A stretch of DNA of 37,876 nucleotides from a virus. Taxonomy: Duplodnaviria > Caudoviricetes. The translations under genes and the position numbers were made by a program. The stretch is from positions 1 to 37,876 of IMG/VR virus record IMGVR_UViG_3300048850_000149. The stretch is one strand, 5' to 3'. The notes under the pieces are model-generated. The model was given only the letters and a program-made list of their open reading frames with translations, was not told the origin of the DNA and did not search any database. This document shows, piece after piece, positions 9,411 through 18,721 of this stretch (position 1 is the first letter of the stretch; the number at the start of each line of letters is the position of its first letter).

Positions 9411-9991
9411 CCGACACGCGCACCCCTACCCCTGCGCCCAAGCCGCGCACCCTCGCCGGCGTGATCGGCACCGCGCTTGGCGCGGTCGCGCTGTTCACGG
9501 TGACCCCGGCCTTCGAAAGCGGGCGCACCGTCGAAGCAACGGTGACGCCAACCGGGGACGTGCAGATCCGCCACGTCGCGGGCCGCCAGTACCTCGACGC
9601 CTATCTCGACATCGTCCGCGTGCCCACCGCCTGCGACGGCATCACTAAGGGCATCCGCCTGGGCCAGCGCTATACGGAGGCGCAGTGCACCGCGATGCTG
9701 GAGCGCGAACTGATCGCGCATGCCGAAGAAGTCATCGCCTGCGTGCCCCAACTCTACGGCCGCGAGCGCGAGGCACCCGCCGCGGTGTCGCTCGCCTACA
9801 ACATCGGCGGGCCGAAGTTCTGCGCGTCGACCGCAGCCCGCCACTTCCGGGCCAAGCGCTGGACGGAGGGCTGCAACGCCCTGGTCCTGTGGAACAAGGC
9901 CGGCGGCCGTGTCGTGCAGGGCCTGGTCAACCGCCGCGAGCGCGAACGCGCGATCTGCCTGCGCGGCGTCACTCCCCGAAAGGATCCGTGA
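9407..9991 (+). CDS. Endolysin, GH24 lysozyme with a possible N-terminal SAR helix
   Basis: AYLDIVRVPTACDG, AYNIG and WNKAGGRVVQGLVNRR motifs; weakly hydrophobic Gly/Ala-rich N-terminus. Confidence 0.9.
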   Translation: MTDTRTPTPAPKPRTLAGVIGTALGAVALFTVTPAFESGRTVEATVTPTGDVQIRHVAGRQYLDAYLDIVRVPTACDGITKGIRLGQRYTEAQCTAMLERELIAHAEEVIACVPQLYGREREAPAAVSLAYNIGGPKFCASTAARHFRAKRWTEGCNALVLWNKAGGRVVQGLVNRRERERAICLRGVTPRKDP

Positions 9992-10509
9992 TGATCGCAG
10001 CCGCTCTCACCAAGCTCGCCCGTATGCGCGAATGGCTGACCCTGCTCGCGCTCGGCGCCGCCGCCGCGTGGATCTACGTCCAGTGGGCGGAGGCCGACCG
10101 AGCGCGCGACCGCTATGCGCAATGGATCGATGTCACCTGCGCGGGCGCCGGCGCCCCCTATGCCGGCGGCAGCGAGCAGCGCACCGACACGGCGGGCAAG
10201 CCGGTGACCGTCACCTTCGCCGATGGCCAGCGCTGCCGCACCGCCATCAACCTCGCCGTCGCCTTCAAGGGCGAGACCGACCGCGCCACCGCCGAGCGCC
10301 TGGCGCGCGCCATGCTCGAACACGACGGCAAGCTGCTCGCCGATGCCCGCCTCGCCCGTGTCGCGGCCGAAGCCGCCAAGGCCGCTACCGAACGAATGGA
10401 GATCGCAAATGCCGAAGTCGAAGCACAGCCGGACGGCACGGGTCGCGTCGATCATGCTTGGTTCGCTGCTCTTAACGACGTTGCCGGGCTGCGCGCACCG
10501 AGCCGTTGA
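9991..10509 (+). CDS. Inner-membrane spanin (Rz/LysB-like)
   Basis: N-terminal TM helix and Ala-rich helical periplasmic part; follows the endolysin. Confidence 0.7.
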   Translation: MIAAALTKLARMREWLTLLALGAAAAWIYVQWAEADRARDRYAQWIDVTCAGAGAPYAGGSEQRTDTAGKPVTVTFADGQRCRTAINLAVAFKGETDRATAERLARAMLEHDGKLLADARLARVAAEAAKAATERMEIANAEVEAQPDGTGRVDHAWFAALNDVAGLRAPSR

Positions 10510-10735
10510 AGTGCCGGTGCCGCAGCCGGTGCCGGTCGCGGTTGAGATCCGCGACACGCCGCCGGCCGAGCTGCTGCGCTGCCCCGAGCAACCCGCCGGC
10601 TTCCCGACCGATGCCCAGGCGACCATGCCCGCCGGCGTCCGCTCGGCCGCGATTCGCATGGCGCGTGCCCTGCGCGATCGTGGCGACCAGCTGGTGCGCC
10701 TGATCCGCTGGCACGATCCGGAGGCATGCCGGTGA
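10409..10735 (+). CDS. Outer-membrane lipoprotein spanin (Rz1/LysC-like)
   Basis: Signal peptide with lipobox LPG-C, Pro-rich PPAELLRCP; overlaps the i-spanin in another frame. Confidence 0.72.
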   Translation: MPKSKHSRTARVASIMLGSLLLTTLPGCAHRAVEVPVPQPVPVAVEIRDTPPAELLRCPEQPAGFPTDAQATMPAGVRSAAIRMARALRDRGDQLVRLIRWHDPEACR

Positions 10736-11199
10736 AGAAGCCCGAGGGCCTGCGCCGGCTGCTGCTCGCGACCGCCCTGAAGGATCAGCCGGAGAAGCTG
10801 CAGCTCTACATCGATCGCGGCGGCGTCACCTGCCGCCGCGGGCGCAACCTCGCCTTCACCTACGGCTATACGCTCAACGTCGTGGTCGAGGGCTACACGG
10901 GCGAGGTGGACGCGCTGATGGTCCCGATCCTCGCCTGGGTGGCGGAACAGCAGCCCGACCTGCTCGACAAGCCACCGTACAAGCCCTTCGAGTTCGAATC
11001 GGAACTGCTCGACGCGAACAGCGCCGACGTCTCGATCAACATCGAGCTGACCGAGAACGTGCTGGTCGATCGCACCGGCACGCGGGAATGGTCGACGCGG
11101 CACCTGGACGAGCCGGTCATTGCGGATGCTTTCCCCGGCGTTTGTGGCGTCTCCCTCGTCGACGCGCTGATCGCCGAGGCGAATGACCCGACGCCATGA
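10726..11199 (+). CDS. R: Tail completion protein R
   Basis: KKPEGLRRLL, PILAWVAEQQPDL and IELTENV motifs; start may be GTG 10732. Confidence 0.88.
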   Translation: MPVKKPEGLRRLLLATALKDQPEKLQLYIDRGGVTCRRGRNLAFTYGYTLNVVVEGYTGEVDALMVPILAWVAEQQPDLLDKPPYKPFEFESELLDANSADVSINIELTENVLVDRTGTREWSTRHLDEPVIADAFPGVCGVSLVDALIAEANDPTP

Positions 11200-11864
11200 G
11201 CGACGACCTGATCGAAATCGAGAAGCTGGCGGGCGCCCTGCTGCGCAACACCGACGCCAACGCGCGCCGCCGCCTGCTGCGATCGGTGGCGAAGAAGGTG
11301 CAGGCCAGCCAGCGCGGGCGCATGGGGCGCCAGCAGGATCCCGACGGTGCCCCGTTCGCGCCCCGACGCAAGCGTCCGGAACCCACGCGCGGCACCTACA
11401 CCGTGCGCTTCCTCTACCCCAAGGGCGATCCCAACCCGCGCGAAGTCCTCATGAAGAGCTGGGTCTGGGATGGCCCGCTGATGACCGGCTTCGATATCGA
11501 GGCGGGCGGGATCCGCTCGTTCCACACGGACCGGGTCGATCGCTATCTGCCGCTGGAACCGGGGATGCAGAACGCCGGCGCCGGCAAGCTACGACGCAAG
11601 GGGCAGATCCGCCGTGCAGCCATGTTCCGCAAGCTAGCATCCGCCCGCCACCTGCGCGCCGACGCAAGCGACACCGAGGCATGGGTCGGCTTCACCGGCC
11701 AGGCCGCGCGCGTCGCTGGCATCCACCAGCACGGCCTGGTCGACAAACCGGCAGAGAAGGCCAAGCCGGTCCGCTATGCTCGCCGCACGCTGCTGGGCTT
11801 CAGCGAGGCGGACCGCGTGATGGTATTGGACGCGCTGCTTGCATCACTGGTCGACCGCACGTGA
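11196..11864 (+). CDS. S: Tail completion/virion morphogenesis protein S with an internal insertion
   Basis: QQDPDGAPFAPR, MFRKL, AGIHQHG and YARRTLLG motifs. Confidence 0.88.
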   Translation: MSDDLIEIEKLAGALLRNTDANARRRLLRSVAKKVQASQRGRMGRQQDPDGAPFAPRRKRPEPTRGTYTVRFLYPKGDPNPREVLMKSWVWDGPLMTGFDIEAGGIRSFHTDRVDRYLPLEPGMQNAGAGKLRRKGQIRRAAMFRKLASARHLRADASDTEAWVGFTGQAARVAGIHQHGLVDKPAEKAKPVRYARRTLLGFSEADRVMVLDALLASLVDRT

Positions 11865-12025
11865 TATCGGCACGAGTACAGTTGCTTAACCCACTCTGGC
11901 CCCCCGAGCCCTCAGCGGAAGACGGGGTAAAGCGAAGAGCAGCGTCAACCCACGCGTACAAGCCGGCAAGCTTGCGGGGCTTTCCAAACTCAACTTACAT
12001 TCCCCGGAACAAAGGGGAGGATGAA

Positions 12026-13678
12026 TTGCGAATCGAGAAGCTCACCTTTTCGGCCGGCGAGGCGCCGGGCTCCCCGCCGCTGGAACTCGCACCATCGGCC
12101 ATCACCATCTTTATTGGACCAAATAATGGTGGAAAGTCTACCGCGCTGCGAGAGATTCAGCTTGGCATGTTACATCATGCCCGGCCGTCTTCGAAAGTGG
12201 TTGTAGATGCCCAACTAGCTCCCATGGACGATGCGGAGTTACAGAGCAAAATCGACCATGTGATTGTCGGACACGATCCTAGCAACATAGGATTCCTACA
12301 CCTCGGACGCAGAGGTTCTACTTCGAGCATACACCTGAGCACGATTGCCAATATGCGGGCGCAGCCGTGGATTGAGCCTCATTCGACTATGATCCGACAG
12401 ATGATACTCCCGCACTACGTAATGAACCTTAACGGTGAGGCACGCCTGACCTTAACCAGTCCCGGCACCGCGCAAAAATTGAGCGAGCGTGCCATGTCCA
12501 CGGTGGCAGCGATATTTAAAGATGATGCACTGCGAGCAAAAGTCTCAAACGTTATCCACGACGCTTTCGGCCTCTATCTCGTGGTTGACGCCACTCAGCT
12601 CGGGAGCCTGAACTACGCACTATCTACGGAACAGCCCAACTCTGAACTAGAGCGTAGCTTCACCGACCCTGCCATCGATTTCTTTGCGAGAGCAGAACCC
12701 CTGATGCTCGCTAGTGATGGTACCAAGGCGTTTGTGGGCGTCATCACTGAGGTCCTCGCGGGCGAGGCGGACGTCATCTTCATAGACGAGCCGGAAGCCT
12801 TTTTGCACCCTGGGCTTGCGTATGCACTCGGTCGTGAGCTCGCCCTCAACGTCACTGAGGACAAACAGCTTTTCGCCGCCACTCATAGTCCGCAGTTCTT
12901 GATGGGCTGCCTCTCAGCTGGCGCCGAGATCAACGTGATCCGCCTCTCCCGGCAACAGGATCAGGTCACATCCAATCTGCTCGATAGCGATACTCTCTCG
13001 GTGATGATGTCGGATCCGTTACTAAGGTCCAGCAACATTATTTCCGGTCTCTTCTACAACGCAGCGGTGGTCGTAGAAGGGGACTCCGATCGGTCCTTTT
13101 ACGAGGAGATCAATCATCGGTTGGCGCACGTTGGAAAGGGCATTAAGCACCCGCTGTTCATAAATGCGCACAGCAAGCAAACGGCACCGGAGATCGCTCG
13201 CGCTTTGAGGAGTGCCGGGGTTCCTGCTGCTATGGTCCTCGACATAGATTGGCTGAAAGAAGACGGAGCCGTGCTAAAGCGGTACTTCGATGGAATCGGA
13301 TTGCCCAAGTCTTCCTTCCAGTCTGCATCGTTAGCTCGTTCTCAGACCCGCCGCGACTTGGAGGCAAGCGGAAAGGACTACAAGAGAGCGGGCGGGGTAA
13401 GTCTTCTTAACCCTAATGAGCGTGCATCTGCCGATGATTTTCTAGATCAAATGGATCGTTACGGACTGTTCACCGTGCGCCACGGTGAGGTAGAGTGTTG
13501 GCTATCAGATTTGCCGCTATCCAGGGCGAAGCATGGATGGCTTGAGCGAATATTCAGCGTTATGGGCAGCGACAGGACAGATCCCAGCTATATTCATGCG
13601 ACAAACGGGGACGTTTGGGATTTTATTCAACAAGTGGGCCACTGGATTGCTGATCCTAATCGAAAGGGCTTGCGGTAG
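12026..13678 (+). CDS. OLD-family ATP-dependent nuclease (ABC-type ATPase + TOPRIM), lower-GC moron
   Basis: GPNNGGKST Walker A, IFIDEPEAFLHP Walker B/D-loop, ATHSP, VVEGDSD and VLDID TOPRIM motifs; GGGGAGG RBS before TTG 12026. Confidence 0.85.
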   Translation: MRIEKLTFSAGEAPGSPPLELAPSAITIFIGPNNGGKSTALREIQLGMLHHARPSSKVVVDAQLAPMDDAELQSKIDHVIVGHDPSNIGFLHLGRRGSTSSIHLSTIANMRAQPWIEPHSTMIRQMILPHYVMNLNGEARLTLTSPGTAQKLSERAMSTVAAIFKDDALRAKVSNVIHDAFGLYLVVDATQLGSLNYALSTEQPNSELERSFTDPAIDFFARAEPLMLASDGTKAFVGVITEVLAGEADVIFIDEPEAFLHPGLAYALGRELALNVTEDKQLFAATHSPQFLMGCLSAGAEINVIRLSRQQDQVTSNLLDSDTLSVMMSDPLLRSSNIISGLFYNAAVVVEGDSDRSFYEEINHRLAHVGKGIKHPLFINAHSKQTAPEIARALRSAGVPAAMVLDIDWLKEDGAVLKRYFDGIGLPKSSFQSASLARSQTRRDLEASGKDYKRAGGVSLLNPNERASADDFLDQMDRYGLFTVRHGEVECWLSDLPLSRAKHGWLERIFSVMGSDRTDPSYIHATNGDVWDFIQQVGHWIADPNRKGLR

Positions 13679-13747
13679 CGCGAAGGTCGGTAGCCGCTCG
13701 TTAGAGCCAGCCAGGGCGCCGAGTAGCGGCTCGCCTGCCGCCGCTCT

Positions 13748-13776
13748 GCAATCGTAGAGTCCCTCTCTACGATTGC
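13748..13776. promoter_or_regulatory. 29-bp palindrome, copy 2, upstream of the J operon
   Basis: GCAATCGTAGAG-tccct-CTCTACGATTGC. Confidence 0.75.
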
Positions 13777-13820
13777 AGCCCCCTAGCCGCTGCTGCCACC
13801 CGCCGCCGACATGGCCGGCG

Positions 13821-14687
13821 ATGTCCACCGCCGCCACCAGTTCCAACGCTATCGATCTGTCGCGTCTGCCGGCGCCGACGATCGTCGAGCAGCTGACGTT
13901 CGAGCAGATCCTCGCCGAACTGATCGCAACCCTGCGCGCGCTGCTTCCCGGCTTCGACGCGCTGGTCGAAAGCGACCCGGTCATGAAGCTGCTGCAGGTG
14001 GTCGCCTATCGCGAGCTGCTGCTGCGCCAAGGGTTCAACGACGCGGCACGCCAGCTGATGCTCGCCTACGCCACCGGTACCAACCTGGACCACCTCGCCG
14101 CGCTGGTCGGCGTCGGCCGGCTCACCGAGGACGAAAGCGACGACGCCCTGCGCCAGCGCGCCGTGCTTGGCCCCGAAGGTTTCTCGGTCGCCGGTCCCGA
14201 GCTGGCCTATGTTTTCCACGCCAAGTCGGCCGATGCGGGCGTGCTCGATGCCAGTGCCATCTCGCCGGCGCCTGGCGAGGTGCGGGTTACCGTGCTTTCA
14301 CGCGATGGCGACGGCACCGCCCCTGCCGCGCTGCTCGATGCCGTCCGCGAGCGGGTCAACGCGCGCGAGGTTCGTCCGCTCGGCGACCTAGTCACCGTCG
14401 CCAGTGCCCAGATCCGCACCTTCGCGATCAACGCAACGCTCTACACCTTCGCCGGTCCGGACCGTTCGCTGGTGCTGACCGCCGCCCGCGCCCAGCTGGA
14501 CGCCTACCTTGCCGAATGCCGACTGCTCGGCCGCGACGTGACGATGTCGGGCCTCTACGCCGCGCTCACCGTGCCCGGCGTGCAGCGCGTCGTGCTGGCG
14601 TCGCCCCTCAGCGACGTCGTCTGCGACCCGACCCAGGCCGCATGGTGCACCGGCATTACCATCGCGCACGGCGGCTATGACGCATAG
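13821..14687 (+). CDS. J: Baseplate assembly protein J
   Basis: IDLSRLPAP, ESDP, FSVAGP and VRPLGD motifs. Confidence 0.93.
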   Translation: MSTAATSSNAIDLSRLPAPTIVEQLTFEQILAELIATLRALLPGFDALVESDPVMKLLQVVAYRELLLRQGFNDAARQLMLAYATGTNLDHLAALVGVGRLTEDESDDALRQRAVLGPEGFSVAGPELAYVFHAKSADAGVLDASAISPAPGEVRVTVLSRDGDGTAPAALLDAVRERVNAREVRPLGDLVTVASAQIRTFAINATLYTFAGPDRSLVLTAARAQLDAYLAECRLLGRDVTMSGLYAALTVPGVQRVVLASPLSDVVCDPTQAAWCTGITIAHGGYDA

Positions 14688-15327
14688 CCTGCTTCCTCCG
14701 AATACCACCCCGCTCGAACGCGCCGCCGAAACTGCGACCGCGCGCATCGGCGAGGTGCCGTTCCCGATCGAGCGTCTGTGGGATCCGCAGCAGATCCCGT
14801 CCGAGTGGCTCCCGTGGCTCGCCTGGGGCCTGTCGGTCGACAGCTGGGACGAGGACTGGAGCGAGCAGGCGAAGCGCGACGCGGTCGCGGACTCGATTGC
14901 GCTCCACCGGATCAAGGGCACGCGCGCCTCAGTGGAAGCGGTGCTGGGCCGCTTCGACCAGCTGCTCGACCTGGTCGAGTGGCACCAGGCGACCCCACGC
15001 GCGGATCCGCACACCTTCGAGATCCGCCTGCCGATCGCCGCCGAAGGCGTGAAGCCGGGCGGCCGGCGCGCCACCGCCGCCTTTGCAGAAGCCATCATCC
15101 GCGAAGTCTCGCGGGTGAAGCCCGCGCGCGAGCATTTCCGCCTGGTGCAGACGCTCGACCTTGAGGGCGCGATCGGCATCCAGGGTGTCGCTCGCCTCGC
15201 CGGCGCCGGCCGCGGCGACATGGCCGCCGTCATCGACACCTCGCCGGCCTGGGCCGCCTACCTCCAGACCGAGGATGGCGAGCCGCTGCAGGATGACACC
15301 GGCACCTTTGTGGACACCGCCCCATGA
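14677..15327 (+). CDS. I: Baseplate/tail protein I
   Basis: SLLPPN, LPWLAW, HRIKGT and EW motifs. Confidence 0.92.
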   Translation: MTHSLLPPNTTPLERAAETATARIGEVPFPIERLWDPQQIPSEWLPWLAWGLSVDSWDEDWSEQAKRDAVADSIALHRIKGTRASVEAVLGRFDQLLDLVEWHQATPRADPHTFEIRLPIAAEGVKPGGRRATAAFAEAIIREVSRVKPAREHFRLVQTLDLEGAIGIQGVARLAGAGRGDMAAVIDTSPAWAAYLQTEDGEPLQDDTGTFVDTAP

Positions 15328-16499
15328 GCAAGCTCGCCCTCACCATCACCCAGGCGGGCCATGCCCGCTTCACCGCCGCCCAGGTCGACGACGACATCGA
15401 CCTGTCGGTGTCGCACGTCGGCCTCACCGACCGCAGCTTCGTGGCCGCGCCGACGCTCACCGCGTTGCCCGGCGAGTTCCGGCGCGTGTCGACCATCTCC
15501 GGTCAGGCCGTGGGCGACAACGTCGTGCACATGGTCGTGCGCGACAGCGAGCCGCTCGCCTACCGCGTCCGCGGCTTCGGCCTGTTCCTCGCCGATGGCA
15601 CCCTGTTCGCCACCTATGGCCAGGCCGATGCGCTGTTCGAGAAGGCGGCACTCAGCGAGATGCACCTGGCGCTCGACATCGCCTTCCCCGCCGGCAACGT
15701 CGAGCAGCTGAACTTCGGCGACACCAACTTCCTCAACCCGCCCGCGACGACGGCCGCCAAGGGCGTGGCCGAGCTGGCGACGCAAGCCGAGGTCGACGCC
15801 GGCACCGATGCCGAGCGCATCGTCACGCCCAAGACGCTGGCGCAGCGCCTCCTGTCGCTGCTCACCGGCCGCAGGATCCTTGGTGCGGGCCTCGTGACCG
15901 GCGGCGGCGACCTGTCTGCCGATCGCACCCTCACCGTCACCGCCGCCACTGCGGCCGAGGCGGATGCCGGCACGCTCGCCACCAAGGCGCTGACGCCGGC
16001 GAGCCTGGTCAACGTCCTGGCGTCGATCGCCGCGCGCGTGCCGCTCACCCGCCGGATCAACACCGATGGTCTGGCGCTTGGCGGTAATGCGCTTGGAACC
16101 GACGTGACGATCTCGGTGCCCGCCGCCACGCCAGAGCAGCTGCTCAACGCCATGGCAGCAAACGTCGCGCTCACGCCGCAGTCGTTCGGCGGCCTCGCCA
16201 AGCTGTTCGACGCCAACGGCTACTACACGCTCCCCGGTGGTCTGATCGTCCAGTGGGTGAGCTACCGCGCGCTGCTCGCCGACGAGCCCACCGCCACGCT
16301 CGCCTATCCGGTGCCGTTCCCCAACGCCTGCCTGTTCGCAATGACGTGCCCATACATCTCGGCCGCGAGCCCGGCGCGGGACGGATGGACCCAGATCGTC
16401 GGCAACCCCGGTCCTGCCTCCTGCCTCATCCAGGTGCAGGCCGACGACCAGAACGACCGCCGCATCGACGGCATCAACCTCCTCGTCATCGGACGCTGA
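15324..16499 (+). CDS. Tail fibre protein (gpH-like)
   Basis: Follows I; three AT.aE..aG......TP repeats; C-terminal GYYTLPGGLIVQW domain. Confidence 0.85.
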   Translation: MSKLALTITQAGHARFTAAQVDDDIDLSVSHVGLTDRSFVAAPTLTALPGEFRRVSTISGQAVGDNVVHMVVRDSEPLAYRVRGFGLFLADGTLFATYGQADALFEKAALSEMHLALDIAFPAGNVEQLNFGDTNFLNPPATTAAKGVAELATQAEVDAGTDAERIVTPKTLAQRLLSLLTGRRILGAGLVTGGGDLSADRTLTVTAATAAEADAGTLATKALTPASLVNVLASIAARVPLTRRINTDGLALGGNALGTDVTISVPAATPEQLLNAMAANVALTPQSFGGLAKLFDANGYYTLPGGLIVQWVSYRALLADEPTATLAYPVPFPNACLFAMTCPYISAASPARDGWTQIVGNPGPASCLIQVQADDQNDRRIDGINLLVIGR

Positions 16500-16500
16500 C

Positions 16501-18108
16501 ATGGCCAAGATCTCCGAACTGCCCGAACTGGTCGATCCGGCCGGCACCGAAACCGTGCCGGTCCTCATCGGCGGCATCACCAGGCGCGCGCGCCTCGACA
16601 AGCTCGCCGGGGCCGCCGCGGGCACGCTGGTGGCTGAGGCCACCAATGATCTGCGCTACCGGGTTGCCGGTGCCTACGATCCGGCCGGCGCCCGCCTGAC
16701 CGGCAACACCGCCCCTGCCGGCACCACGGCCATCTACAAGAAGACCTTCGGCCAGCTATTCCCTGACATGGGCGACGAGGGCGGCATGATCCCATGGGTG
16801 GAGATCGCCTTCGAGGTCGCGGGCCCGGTGCGGATCAAGCTCTTCAGCACCAATGGAACTGGCCAACCAGTCTACGAAGCCGACGTCGGTACCTTCACAC
16901 CGCCCGCGATTGTCGTGCTGCCCGCGCTGGTGCGGTTCACGCTCCCCACGCCGGTCAAGGTGGCGAAGGCGTGGCGTGGCGGCCTGTACCAGGCCGGCAG
17001 CTATGTCTCGGCCCTGCTGAACGATGGCGCCAACCAGACCAGCATGTCCGGCGACTATACCGTCCCGACCCGCAACCCGGACAACAACAACGCGACGACC
17101 GCCCGGCTCTTCCGCCTTGGCGTGCGCTACAAGAGCGTCGGCGAGCAGGTCGATACGCTGACGACCCGGGTCGCCGCAGTGGAGGCGCGCGGCGGTGGCA
17201 AGACCGTGCTGCCGAGCGACACCTATCTGCGCGGTGGCGAGCTTCTGCCGTTCCTGCCCGACATGACGCGCATCGCCTGGTGGGGATCCTCCACCATGGA
17301 CTATCTCGGCACCGAGCTGGGCACGATGGCGGCCGCCTATGGCGCCACGCCCTACGCCGGCGGCAAGGCAGGCGAGCTGCTGGAGGATACGCTCGCCCGG
17401 TTCGGCTCCCGTCCTGCCCTCCTCAACGTCGTGGGCGGCTCGATCCCGGCCGACCGCACCGCCGTCGCCTGCGTGTCGCAGAACGGCCAGACCGCAGCCC
17501 TCAAGCCCTATGCCGGCACGCTTGGCGGCGTAGCGGGTACGCTCAGCTGGAGCACTGCCAACAACCGCCTGGAGTTCGTGCGTGACGCTGTCGGCACTGC
17601 CGTGCCGGTCGCCGACGGCACCCCGCTGCTCCCCACGATCGGGCGACAGCACCGCAATGCCGTGACGCTGCTCAACATCGGCAAGAACAACTTCGTGCCC
17701 GATTATGCGAGCGCCGAATACATCGCGCAGCAGACCCACGAAGCGTTCGACTGGCTGTCGCCGTTCCTCAAGCGGGTGCTGGTGATCAACCACTATGTCG
17801 ACATGCTGTCGGCGCCCAGCGACTATAAGCGCTTCACCAAGATCCTTGAGGTCAACCAGAAGCTGCGCGACCGCTACGGTGCGCAGTGCGTCGACCTGTA
17901 CGCCTTCATCTCCAAAGGCCAGGCTCTGTTCGGTAAGACCGTGTGGCAGGTGATCGGAAAGCAACCCACCGACGACGATCTGGCTTACCAGGCGCGCGGC
18001 AACAAGCCGCCCTCGCTGTCGTCCGATGACCAGCACCTCAACGCCGCCGGCAACACCGGCATGCGCTGGCTGATCCAGCAGTACATCGCTCAGCTGGGCT
18101 GGTACTGA
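16501..18108 (+). CDS. Tail spike/receptor-binding protein with a C-terminal SGNH/GDSL hydrolase domain
   Basis: N-terminal MAKISELP; SGNH blocks WGSST, GGKAG, NIGKNN and DDQH. Confidence 0.7.
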   Translation: MAKISELPELVDPAGTETVPVLIGGITRRARLDKLAGAAAGTLVAEATNDLRYRVAGAYDPAGARLTGNTAPAGTTAIYKKTFGQLFPDMGDEGGMIPWVEIAFEVAGPVRIKLFSTNGTGQPVYEADVGTFTPPAIVVLPALVRFTLPTPVKVAKAWRGGLYQAGSYVSALLNDGANQTSMSGDYTVPTRNPDNNNATTARLFRLGVRYKSVGEQVDTLTTRVAAVEARGGGKTVLPSDTYLRGGELLPFLPDMTRIAWWGSSTMDYLGTELGTMAAAYGATPYAGGKAGELLEDTLARFGSRPALLNVVGGSIPADRTAVACVSQNGQTAALKPYAGTLGGVAGTLSWSTANNRLEFVRDAVGTAVPVADGTPLLPTIGRQHRNAVTLLNIGKNNFVPDYASAEYIAQQTHEAFDWLSPFLKRVLVINHYVDMLSAPSDYKRFTKILEVNQKLRDRYGAQCVDLYAFISKGQALFGKTVWQVIGKQPTDDDLAYQARGNKPPSLSSDDQHLNAAGNTGMRWLIQQYIAQLGWY

Positions 18109-18129
18109 CCCGCACTGCAGGGTCGTCCC

Positions 18130-18158
18130 GCAATCGTAGAGTGCGTCTCTACGATTGC
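18130..18158. promoter_or_regulatory. 29-bp palindrome, copy 3, upstream of the V-W-FI operon
   Basis: Identical to copy 1. Confidence 0.75.
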
Positions 18159-18199
18159 GGCCCCCGTGACGCCGCCGCCAGCCCGCGCATGGTCGCTGC

Positions 18200-18721
18200 G
18201 TGGCCGAACCTGTCGACACCCCCCGCCTGATCGGCGACCTGCTGCGCGAAGGCGTTGTGATCGAACGCGCCGGTGCGACCTGCCGCGTCGCCATCGGCGA
18301 TCTCGAAAGCGGCCCCATTCCCTGGCTCGCCGGGCGCGCCGGCGACGCGGTCATCTGGTCCCCGCCCAGCGTAGGCGAACAAGTGGCGGTGCTTTCGCCG
18401 GAAGGCGACATCGAGCGCGCGATCGTCCTGCCGGGGATCTTCTCCGACGCGCACCCCGCCCCCGGCGACGACACGACCCACATCGCTTTCGCGGACGGCA
18501 CCTGGATCGGCTACGATCCCGGCGCCGGCGAAGCGATGGTGACGCTGGGCGACGGCACCGGCCTTGCGATCACCCCCGGTAAGATCCGGATCAACTGCGA
18601 CGTCGAGATCACCGGCAAGCTCACCGCGACCGATGACGTCGTCGGCGCCGGCAAGAGCCTGAAGGATCACGTCCACACCAAGGTGCAGGCCGGCGGCGCC
18701 ATCTCGGGTCCGCCGCAATGA
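18200..18721 (+). CDS. V: Baseplate spike protein V
   Basis: WSPPSVGEQV and C-terminal SLKDHVH motifs. Confidence 0.92.
   Translation: MAEPVDTPRLIGDLLREGVVIERAGATCRVAIGDLESGPIPWLAGRAGDAVIWSPPSVGEQVAVLSPEGDIERAIVLPGIFSDAHPAPGDDTTHIAFADGTWIGYDPGAGEAMVTLGDGTGLAITPGKIRINCDVEITGKLTATDDVVGAGKSLKDHVHTKVQAGGAISGPPQ

Noticed and set aside
11865-12025. Retron-like ncRNA upstream of the OLD gene
   Set aside because: No RT gene is present and no clear msr/msd inverted repeats were seen.
11183-13678. 831-aa ORF suggesting a long N-terminal extension on the OLD protein
   Set aside because: The first ~280 codons overlap gene S in another frame and look non-coding; the RBS and motifs support TTG 12026.
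15324-18108. DGR- or invertase-driven tail fibre variation
   Set aside because: No reverse transcriptase, serine invertase or TR/VR pair was seen.
5068-18158. Palindromic 29-bp repeats as a CRISPR array or terminators
   Set aside because: The copies are kilobases apart with no spacers or cas genes, have no U-tracts, and all precede late operons.
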